Positions 6,865-14,602 of a stretch of 28,893 bases of DNA are shown one piece after another; positions within the stretch are counted from its first letter, which is position 1; the number at the start of each line of letters is the position of its first letter. The stretch spans positions 1-28,893 of the IMG/VR virus record IMGVR_UViG_3300025103_000113; one strand, written 5' to 3'. The DNA is from a virus. Lineage: Duplodnaviria > Caudoviricetes. The translations under genes were made by a program, and so were the position numbers. The notes beneath the pieces are model-generated. The model worked only from the letters and a program-made list of their open reading frames with translations. It did no database searches and had not been told where the DNA came from.

Positions 6865-8183
6865 AAGGGCACCAATCCATCAATTTCTTCAAAATCTGCA
6901 TGAGGGTCAAGGTATAACAATCTGTCATGAGCAACCCCATCGCCATAATATGCGTCACCAAAACGTAACTCTCCTTTGGTGCTGTTATCTATCAGCTTCT
7001 GAGTAACTGAGCGAACCTGTTCAATGTTTGTTAATCGTTGGTAGCCTTGTAGCATACAAGCAATCACACCAGAGGTATGTGGGCCAGCAAAACTGGTACC
7101 GCTACCCACTCCATACTGACGTGGGGTTGAAAAGGGAGAGGCGCAAAGAACCTTCTGACCGGGTGCCCATATATCCACATTGGAGCCATACCCTGACATG
7201 AACATCAAGGAGGTACTTAAGAACATAGGGGTGTCGAAACATGATGTTGCGCCAACCACTATAATATCGGGGTGGGATTCGCAAGGGAGTACAAAATCTG
7301 TATCTAAATCCCATTTACTATTTGCAGCAGGTATGACAATAATTAACCCATCATCCATCATTGCTTCATAACCTGCGGCTGCTGCTGCTGAAGGTGTAAG
7401 ATCATTTCTTATCGTACCATAAGAGCAATTCAAAACAGCGGGGCGATTAGTGGCAGAGCGCGACATGTAATGATCGTATGCTACCTCAAACAGTCCGAGC
7501 CATGCCTCTTCTGAATGTGTTACATCGCCCTCAATCCCCGAAAAGAATAAATGGCTATCTCTAGCTATACCATTGTGCTGACCTACTGCACACGAGGTTA
7601 CCAATTGCCCATGTTTAATGTTTGAAAATCTATGGGTGAAAGTGGTATCGCCTACGTCTACATTCGATGCATCATTTGTGCCGCCACACCACTCAACCTC
7701 CCCTGTTTTCCATTCTACATGATCAGAATCAAAACCCGCGTCCAGTATATATACATCAACTCCCTCGCCTGTTCGCTGCGAACGGTAAGGCAATGTTCGG
7801 CGATGTGTCACAGCTACACCTTCTTGCCTAAAGGGGTTCTTCCGTCTCACAATACGATGCGGTGCCCAACTACTAAATGGGTCTGTTTCAGAGTTTTCAA
7901 TAAAACCATTTACGGTAGGGTCGTTACCAATAACTGTCGCATCTATTACATCAACCGCACCTTGTGGTTCCATCTTAAGGGGTGTCGCTACTTCGAGGCT
8001 CTCGATATCTGCATAATCCTCTAGAGTAAAAGTAGCCAAAGTACCATCTACATAAAATATACGTTTGAAGCGTATAACGTATACAAACTCATGCAGGTCT
8101 AGTAAGGCAGCAAAAGCATCATAGTCGGAACCTTTTCTTAGGACTATACCTAGTAGGTCTCTGGTTGCATGAGTGTTACTCAT
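6861..8183 (-). CDS. Subtilisin-family (S8, proteinase K-like) serine protease
   Basis: GEGVDVYILDAG (Asp), HGQLVTS (His), SGTSFAGPH (Ser), IPAAN (oxyanion Asn), VDIWAPG; N-terminal prodomain-sized region; no signal peptide. Confidence 0.92.
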   Translation of the reverse strand: MSNTHATRDLLGIVLRKGSDYDAFAALLDLHEFVYVIRFKRIFYVDGTLATFTLEDYADIESLEVATPLKMEPQGAVDVIDATVIGNDPTVNGFIENSETDPFSSWAPHRIVRRKNPFRQEGVAVTHRRTLPYRSQRTGEGVDVYILDAGFDSDHVEWKTGEVEWCGGTNDASNVDVGDTTFTHRFSNIKHGQLVTSCAVGQHNGIARDSHLFFSGIEGDVTHSEEAWLGLFEVAYDHYMSRSATNRPAVLNCSYGTIRNDLTPSAAAAAGYEAMMDDGLIIVIPAANSKWDLDTDFVLPCESHPDIIVVGATSCFDTPMFLSTSLMFMSGYGSNVDIWAPGQKVLCASPFSTPRQYGVGSGTSFAGPHTSGVIACMLQGYQRLTNIEQVRSVTQKLIDNSTKGELRFGDAYYGDGVAHDRLLYLDPHADFEEIDGLVPL

Positions 8184-8722
8184 ACTGTCTTCTCCAGTGT
8201 TCTTATGCTGAGATGACTTGTTCCGTTTAGGATACTACCGATATCTGAACAATGTATTTGTATTATGTCTCCTGCTACTACATCAAATTCAGGAGAGATA
8301 ATCTGAGAGTGAGTACCGACACAGTCAACCTTAGCTTCTGGGGAAGCTGTATCTGAATTTTTAACCACCATTAGTGTGGGGCCAGCAACTGTTGAGGTTA
8401 TCTGAGCCACTACTTGCACTTTTGTAACGTTCGAAGGTATTGTTAATATCCCAGGTGCTGTATAGAACCCATTATCCCTAACTATTTTATCAAAAGGAAC
8501 TACCCCTCCATCATGAGGCTGAGAAGCAATGTTAATCCTCAGAAGTGCGCCATGTGCTGCATCAGTTTGCCATTGGGGAAAAGTTATTCCATTAACGTGG
8601 GCTGCTAGTTCCAGTAAAGTATACGCTGCCGGGTTCCCATCTGCCTTCTCTACTACGATCAGGTCTGTATCTGCTGGTATAGCTCCTGAGTTATCTGTTT
8701 GTATTTGACTAAAAGTTGACAT
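8180..8722 (-). CDS. Short fibre/adhesin-like protein with a C1q/TNF-like C-terminal domain
   Basis: N-terminal fibre-docking-like motif (FSQI...PADTDLIVVEK...YTLLEL); VVPFDKIVRDNGF...LTIP...VQVVAQI...AGDIIQI pattern. Confidence 0.55.
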   Translation of the reverse strand: MSTFSQIQTDNSGAIPADTDLIVVEKADGNPAAYTLLELAAHVNGITFPQWQTDAAHGALLRINIASQPHDGGVVPFDKIVRDNGFYTAPGILTIPSNVTKVQVVAQITSTVAGPTLMVVKNSDTASPEAKVDCVGTHSQIISPEFDVVAGDIIQIHCSDIGSILNGTSHLSIRTLEKTV

Positions 8723-8723
8723 T

Positions 8724-10004
8724 CTATCTTACCTCTATGAGTGTTGTACCAGCGTACAAGGTCTGGTGGCCATCTAATTCTTCCATGCTATTTATTAACA
8801 GTGGTATTTGTTCTAATGTACCTGTGAAGAGTGTGCCGTCTAAGGCAACTACCATAGGTAACCCATCAACTGTAATAGTCATCTCTTGGATGTTAGGTAA
8901 CCCTTCACCTGTAACCGTGAAATCCTCCCCATTATTATCATATGCAAAGTTAACTATCTGGAGAATTCTGTCCCATACTGTGAGCGGGGTTAAAGTGGTC
9001 GTACTTAAGGCTGTACCTAACTCTATATTGACTTCATTTCTTAGCTCAGAAACGAAAGTTAGAGAGTGATTGTAAATTACAAAGTAAGTTACGCCATTAT
9101 GATCAAGCTCCTTATTAACTGGTTCTACACCAACTGTGTAAGTTTCATTTGGTATAAGTCCTGTTAAATTGTACGTACCGCTAGTTATATTATTGTAGAA
9201 AGTTGTATCTCCACCCTCGTGGACTACCTTGAGGTTATACGCGGTTAAACTTGCGAGGAACGCTTGTATCGATCCGGGGGCAGGTGCAAGGGGTATTAAA
9301 CCTAAATCCACAGTAACTGTTGTAGGTGTATAAGCAACTACTGCATTGTATGTAGGTGTGAGGTTTAAACTACCTAAGTTAATTTGGACAGGCTCGACCA
9401 GCGATACAGCCAATTCATTCAAAATGACGTTAGGTGTGATACTGCCTAAATCAACCCAAGGTAGTGCGTCAGATGCAAATGCAAGGACTGCGGAATACAC
9501 TTGTGGGTATTCAACTGTACCCGATCTATCTGTGGGTCGTACACTTACTTCATAATTGTCGTTTTGGATAAGACCTGTAAGGTTATAGCTATTAGTTACA
9601 ATACCATCTATATATGAAATTGTACCTTCAATGTGATTAACTCTCAGGGTATAGGTAGGCCCAGTAAAAATCACAACGGGGGTAGTAGCTTCCAAAGTAA
9701 GAGTAGGTGTTACAGTACCTAAGAATATTGTAGGTGTATTGCTCAACTCAACAGGGTTCAGCGAGGAACTATGAGTGATCGCAGCTAGGTTTATACTTAC
9801 AGGTTGAGCCGAAGATGTAAACGTTACCTCGTCATAAGAGGAGTAATAAATGACACCACTCTGATCATCTACACTTTGAACCCTTACCTCGTAGTTTGCA
9901 TCAAGTGTTAAACCTGTAAGTGCGGCACTGGTCGAGGCAGTATTTGTTACTGCCCCATGTGCATCACCTACGATATTGTAACTGTAATTATAAGTGATTG
10001 CCAT
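8724..10004 (-). CDS. Fibre-associated protein with three partial FN3 domains, six beta-rich repeats and a C-terminal Ig/IPT-like domain
   Basis: LTGLTLDANYEVRV, LTGLIQNDNYEVSV, LTGLIPNETYTVGV; SD GGAG 7 nt before the ATG. Confidence 0.75.
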   Translation of the reverse strand: MAITYNYSYNIVGDAHGAVTNTASTSAALTGLTLDANYEVRVQSVDDQSGVIYYSSYDEVTFTSSAQPVSINLAAITHSSSLNPVELSNTPTIFLGTVTPTLTLEATTPVVIFTGPTYTLRVNHIEGTISYIDGIVTNSYNLTGLIQNDNYEVSVRPTDRSGTVEYPQVYSAVLAFASDALPWVDLGSITPNVILNELAVSLVEPVQINLGSLNLTPTYNAVVAYTPTTVTVDLGLIPLAPAPGSIQAFLASLTAYNLKVVHEGGDTTFYNNITSGTYNLTGLIPNETYTVGVEPVNKELDHNGVTYFVIYNHSLTFVSELRNEVNIELGTALSTTTLTPLTVWDRILQIVNFAYDNNGEDFTVTGEGLPNIQEMTITVDGLPMVVALDGTLFTGTLEQIPLLINSMEELDGHQTLYAGTTLIEVR

Positions 10005-10007
10005 AGT

Positions 10008-10757
10008 TTAGCTCCAGCTTATAGTTGCCGTAGTTCCAGTTAAATCCGTTGCTTGTACAGTAGGTGTTGAAAGTACTAAAGCTTCGTCAGGCCAAGGCGC
10101 AGGATCACCATCTGTCCCTATTGCTATAAAATTAAAAGCGGAAGCATCGGTGGCTGCGTTCCCAAAAGAAGCAGGCCCAGTAATAGAGTACGGTGTTCCG
10201 GGTGTTACCTGAGTGCTACCTTCTACATTCCAATCACTACTCTCTGACGCTTCTAGGGTATTGCTATACCAAACACGTAATTTATAAGAAGCATCAGTTG
10301 CATTTAACTGTAAACGAAAACCCACGCCTAAAGAACTAAAAATCGGACTAGGGGTTACGTTTTTAGTGGTAGTCACGCCAGCTGTGACCATTTCATAGTT
10401 GTTAGTAGTAGTCCCCTCAGCTAGTATACTTTTGAAGTTACTTTGAAGTGAATTGCCTATATCTGTTGAAGTTTGCGCAAGAAAAATCTTGTGCCCGTGA
10501 GCCTCGATAGTAGCCCCGGAAGTAGCCTTGTAGTTGTTAGCTGCTGACGTTTTACCGATAAGTATTTCGCAGTCTGAGTATGTGGCGTTACCCGACATAA
10601 ATGTACCCATCATTACAGTCAGTGACCTCCAATAAGGGGGATGACTTCCAGTTTGTACAACTTCGTAGTCACTGCCATTGGAATCAGACCACCAACCGAG
10701 ATCACTCATTCGCGTCCCTACTGGGTACTTTCTTGCATCAAAAACATATTGAGCCAT
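10008..10757 (-). CDS. Beta-rich putative receptor-binding/lectin-like protein (249 aa) ending in FN3 strands A-B
   Basis: Likely start MAQYVFD at 10757 (SD AAGGGG); C-terminus LSTPTVQATDLTGTTATISWS*. Confidence 0.65.
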   Translation of the reverse strand: MAQYVFDARKYPVGTRMSDLGWWSDSNGSDYEVVQTGSHPPYWRSLTVMMGTFMSGNATYSDCEILIGKTSAANNYKATSGATIEAHGHKIFLAQTSTDIGNSLQSNFKSILAEGTTTNNYEMVTAGVTTTKNVTPSPIFSSLGVGFRLQLNATDASYKLRVWYSNTLEASESSDWNVEGSTQVTPGTPYSITGPASFGNAATDASAFNFIAIGTDGDPAPWPDEALVLSTPTVQATDLTGTTATISWS

Positions 10758-10767
10758 AACATTCCCC

Positions 10768-11241
10768 TTACTGTGAAGACAGGCCGCCAGCTGCTGGACG
10801 CGCCTCGAGGTTTTCACCGTTTGTGGTGGCTACGAAGTCATACGCATAAATGGGAATAATATTGGTATCATCCCCACCAGTTGTATCGTCATCATAACAA
10901 ACCAGCAACTTAGTAAGAGAGTTATTAGATGCCCCACCTGCTGCTGTCCATATTTGGTCTGGTATATCTATCACTAATGTATCAGCACCATTATCAACCG
11001 TAACGGTCATCCCATCAGAGTCCGTAAGTTCCTTACGTGCGTAGTTTGTGAAAGTAGCTTCAGTGTTTCCTGCCTCTGCTAGTAACAATGATAGGTTTGC
11101 ATAGTCTCGGAGTGTTCCGTCTAATTCTGACGCTTGAAGGATTACGAGAGTAATTGCAGAGTTTGCAGGAGTGTTAGCGTTTACATTTGAAAAGAAGGTT
11201 TTGTCTTGACCTTTCGCTACATTAAAAATTAAGTCAGCCAT
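10768..11241 (-). CDS. Small virion fibre/filament subunit-like protein (157 aa)
   Basis: SD AAGGA; pattern TEATFTNYARKEL...DQIWTAAG...LLVCYD...IYAYDF...NGENL parallels the adjacent 147-aa protein. Confidence 0.65.
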   Translation of the reverse strand: MADLIFNVAKGQDKTFFSNVNANTPANSAITLVILQASELDGTLRDYANLSLLLAEAGNTEATFTNYARKELTDSDGMTVTVDNGADTLVIDIPDQIWTAAGGASNNSLTKLLVCYDDDTTGGDDTNIIPIYAYDFVATTNGENLEARPAAGGLSSQ

Positions 11242-11299
11242 GTGGGGTTTCCTTTATGTATGGTATTAAATTGGGTTTAAATAATTACTTTAAATTAGG

Positions 11300-11743
11300 T
11301 TATGGAGCAGTCAGTGTAGTAATACCTGTAGCATTCCATGTGATAGTCAATGAACCAGCAGACATATCTATCGGGCCTCCTAGCTCTACAAAAGCGATAG
11401 CTGGAGAGCCTGCTTGAGTAGCGTTGTATATGAGTCCCCAATGAGCATCTGTATCGTTGCTTGCATCTTGAGCCCATGTTGGATTGGTTGCTGAGTCCAT
11501 AGTCCCTGTACCAGCATTCTCACTCCAGACTGTTGTCCAATTACCTAGTGATGTTCCCCCTGCTGTGTATGTACCAGCTGCCCCCACTTCTGTAAAATCA
11601 CCAAGAGCTGGGGTGGCTGTTGCTGCTGTTGGGGCTGTCGTGTTATCTAACACTGCCACTTTAATATCATCTGTTGTAGCCCAACCTGCAAAGTAATCTA
11701 ATGCTCGTGCTTCGTTGAACCAAGTGATGTCGCCTGCTGCCAT
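11300..11743 (-). CDS. Small virion fibre/filament subunit-like protein (147 aa)
   Basis: SD AGGA; DDIKVAVL...TEVG..GTYTAGGTSL...PTWAQ...GLIYN...IAFVELG...LTITWNATGI, Ala/Thr/Gly-rich. Confidence 0.7.
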   Translation of the reverse strand: MAAGDITWFNEARALDYFAGWATTDDIKVAVLDNTTAPTAATATPALGDFTEVGAAGTYTAGGTSLGNWTTVWSENAGTGTMDSATNPTWAQDASNDTDAHWGLIYNATQAGSPAIAFVELGGPIDMSAGSLTITWNATGITTLTAP

Positions 11744-11774
11744 GTTATGTCTTCCTATTGTATGTATATGGGTG

Positions 11775-12116
11775 TTAAGTTGTTGGTGTTGCTATGATGC
11801 CTGTTAGGGTTCCACTTCCATTTCTCTCTATCTTAAAGGTGTATGTGGGCTTCACCTCCACTTTGTTAGTTAGTTTAAATATCTTCTCTACAAGACCCTC
11901 TACATCTAAGGGGGGAGGAGGTGTGTGAGACAATCCCTGCACCACCTTCTCTATCTCCCCCTCTCGCTGTATACGAGCCTCTCTAAGCTCTCTTACAAGC
12001 TCCCCTATAGTAGCCTCTATGTCAGTGGTCAAGTTGACGTTAGAGAGGCTGTCAATAGCTTCCTTGATTAGAAGGGCATCACTTGAGTCTGCCAGCTTCT
12101 TGTATTGTGTAGCCAT
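11775..12116 (-). CDS. Hypothetical virion-associated protein (113 aa)
   Basis: Likely start MATQYKK at 12116 (SD AGGAGG); helical region, PPPP linker, C-terminal beta hairpin YTFKIERNGSGTLTGIIATP. Confidence 0.7.
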   Translation of the reverse strand: MATQYKKLADSSDALLIKEAIDSLSNVNLTTDIEATIGELVRELREARIQREGEIEKVVQGLSHTPPPPLDVEGLVEKIFKLTNKVEVKPTYTFKIERNGSGTLTGIIATPTT

Positions 12117-12117
12117 G

Positions 12118-12795
12118 CTATCTCCTCCTACCACCCTTCACTTCAAAACGTTCCCCACTTTCTGGGTCTTCATACACACCATCATCCATTGACTTATATC
12201 TATTGACCTCTGCTTGGCTCTGGAGTGCTTGTTGGAAGTCTTCCACTCTCACTGGAGTTTGCTCATTCCACTTACTGTCAGCAGCTTCTTGTGCGGCCTC
12301 CTCATACTTCCCTTTCTTCATAAGCTTCCAAGTGTTCTTGTGAATCTTGTTCCAATTGGTTCCTAGTTGGAAGTTGACAGAGGTGAGGGCCGTTATTAGT
12401 TCTTCATTGCTCTCCCCTAGCTCCTGTGCTTGCTTCTGAGCGGCTTTATAGGCCTTAGTAGAGTCAGCCTTAAGCCAACCATCAACAACCTCCTGTGGGA
12501 TGTGAGTGCCTTCTGGGTAGAGAGCCTGTTCTTCTCTGGATAGTAAATGCCCTACACCACCAGTCAACTTACCAGGGGTGTCGTTATAAGACTTACTCTC
12601 CACTCCCTCTCTAAGTTTAAGGTGGTCTATAACCTCTTGCCCCACTATCTGCTCTTCTGCAACAGCAGGGGCAAGAGCCCCCACAGGAGCTGCCTCTTTT
12701 AAAGTGAGTTTGCCTACAGGCTTACGCCTCACTTCCTCTGCTCTAGCTTCTACAAGAGTGAGCTTACCTACAGGTCTACATTTCTCAACCTCCAT
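12118..12795 (-). CDS. T4-lysozyme-like (GH24) muramidase, probably virion-associated (225 aa)
   Basis: REGVESKSYNDTPGKLTGGVGHLL aligns with the T4L E11/D20/T26 region; also NFQLG and SKWNEQTPVR. Likely start MEVEK at 12795 (SD GGGGGAG). Confidence 0.9.
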   Translation of the reverse strand: MEVEKCRPVGKLTLVEARAEEVRRKPVGKLTLKEAAPVGALAPAVAEEQIVGQEVIDHLKLREGVESKSYNDTPGKLTGGVGHLLSREEQALYPEGTHIPQEVVDGWLKADSTKAYKAAQKQAQELGESNEELITALTSVNFQLGTNWNKIHKNTWKLMKKGKYEEAAQEAADSKWNEQTPVRVEDFQQALQSQAEVNRYKSMDDGVYEDPESGERFEVKGGRRR

Positions 12796-14602
12796 CACTG
12801 CTCCCCCTAGCTTCAAAATCAGTGCCATTGTAAAGCCATACGTCACCATTTTCGTCGACATACTCCTTCCCCTCTTGGTACTGTTGGGAGTCCTCCACTC
12901 CATCAACAACTGCTTCACCATACTTACTAGGCCAAAGATTGGCTCTCTCTCTTTCAAATGTAGTGGAGAATCCATCTCCAGACACATTCCCCATAGCATT
13001 AAAATAGGTGGTCAGTGCACCACCCACTTCCCTGTTCATCTTAGCAGCTACACTACGAGCCCAATTGTCAGAAGTCTTAGCTCTAAATACCACTTGCCCC
13101 CCACTACTGTCCATCTCTATATCGTCTTCACTTACACCAAACCGCTGCCCTTCAGACTTAAGCTCTGAGTCTACAAGCTCCTGCACCTTTGGGTAGACAT
13201 AGTTAGTAGCATTATTGATAAGGGTGTCTGTCAAGCTTAACCTTGCTGTAGGGGTTAGGCTGTTGAGGTTGTCCTTGACAAAAGTACCCACACGAGGCTG
13301 AGCTAACCACTCCAATATCTTTTGATTCTGGCTTGGTTTGTCTTCAGCATTAATGTAGTGGTTAGCTCCTTTCAACGTATTGTCAACATTAGTAGTAAGC
13401 TCTTGCAAGTCTGCTAATGGCTGACCACCAAAATCTAAACGTGTAAGGTTGTCTATCCCATCAGTAAGGCTACCTAGGTATGTGTCCATGTCCTCGCTAA
13501 CTTCTGTAACATCTACTACCTTATCCCCCTTTGTATCACTGTTTTGCTTTAAGAATTGTAAGGACTTCTGACTCATCTTAGCAGCAATTGCTGGGTTGTT
13601 ATTCCCAGAGAGACTAGAGATAGAGGCCAACTCTACTAACTCTGGGTCAGCAGTTAGTTGGTTACGTTGAGTTGTAGCAATCATCAGCTTGTTGCCGTTC
13701 TCCACCTCTCTTAGCAAGGTAGTGCTGTCTAGGTTAGCAAGAGCTACATCGTATAACCCTAACAGGGGCTTAGCTAGAGATTCAACTTGTGCAGGAGGGA
13801 CGTTACGAGAGAGTTGAGACACAATTGCTCCCACTTCCCCTTTCGCTGCTTGTAGTTGAGCCTCTGCTGCCTTCCTGTCAATGTGCCCAGAAGTGTAAGC
13901 TGCAACTATTTGTCTCACCTTATTCTTAGTGGGGGTTCGGTGGTTGGCTGCTAAGTTAGCTATGGCAGTGTAGTTCTTATCAGCCATCTCCTTATCAGCC
14001 AAATTCCTTTCATCCGTTGTAAGCCCTACTTGAGCCCTCTTCCTTGAGATGGCAGCTGAAGCCTCTGTGTCTAATCTAGCCTGAGTGACAAACTGCCTAT
14101 ACTCGTCTAGTCCTTCCTCTATCTCCTCCGGGGTATCTGTCTCTAGCACAAAACCACTGATGACAGCATCCTCCCTCACTTTCTTAAAGGCCTTCTCCTC
14201 TGGACTAAGCTCAGTAAAAGTCTTGCCTAACACTGTAGCTTGAAATCCCTTCATCATCTTAGTCTTACTATTAAAGTCTAGTGAAGAGTTAGCAAAAGTG
14301 TTAGTCAAGAACGTGTTGAAAGCTATAGACTGTGAGCCATGCTTGTCAGCCAAGCTCTTCGCCTTTAGTAGCTCTCTCTCAAAGTCTTTCTCTTGCCCGA
14401 GGACAGCAGCCTCTTGAGCTGACTGCTGTGTAACCTGTCCCATCCTAGCTATGCTGGCCCCTGCTTGTGTTGCACTGCTAACCCCTTGTGCAAAAGCTGA
14501 GATCTCCATAGCCTTAGAGTTGTCTTGTACAGGAGCTTGGACACTTTCCACATCACTAAGCTGTCTTTCTTCAGCTCCAAACCTACTGGCCTCAAATGTC
14601 AT
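12785..14602 (-). CDS. Internal virion (ejection) protein, 605 aa
   Basis: Long helical Ala/Gln/Glu-rich ORF in the podoviral core-protein position. Confidence 0.65.
   Translation of the reverse strand: MTFEASRFGAEERQLSDVESVQAPVQDNSKAMEISAFAQGVSSATQAGASIARMGQVTQQSAQEAAVLGQEKDFERELLKAKSLADKHGSQSIAFNTFLTNTFANSSLDFNSKTKMMKGFQATVLGKTFTELSPEEKAFKKVREDAVISGFVLETDTPEEIEEGLDEYRQFVTQARLDTEASAAISRKRAQVGLTTDERNLADKEMADKNYTAIANLAANHRTPTKNKVRQIVAAYTSGHIDRKAAEAQLQAAKGEVGAIVSQLSRNVPPAQVESLAKPLLGLYDVALANLDSTTLLREVENGNKLMIATTQRNQLTADPELVELASISSLSGNNNPAIAAKMSQKSLQFLKQNSDTKGDKVVDVTEVSEDMDTYLGSLTDGIDNLTRLDFGGQPLADLQELTTNVDNTLKGANHYINAEDKPSQNQKILEWLAQPRVGTFVKDNLNSLTPTARLSLTDTLINNATNYVYPKVQELVDSELKSEGQRFGVSEDDIEMDSSGGQVVFRAKTSDNWARSVAAKMNREVGGALTTYFNAMGNVSGDGFSTTFERERANLWPSKYGEAVVDGVEDSQQYQEGKEYVDENGDVWLYNGTDFEARGSSDGG

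Noticed and set aside
10758-10817. First 20 aa of the 269-aa ORF
   Set aside because: Overlaps the 157-aa gene; the SD supports ATG 10757.
12796-12999. N-terminal extension of the lysozyme, or a frameshift fusion with the 605-aa protein
   Set aside because: Overlaps the 605-aa gene, has no clear slippery site, and ATG 12795 has its own good SD.
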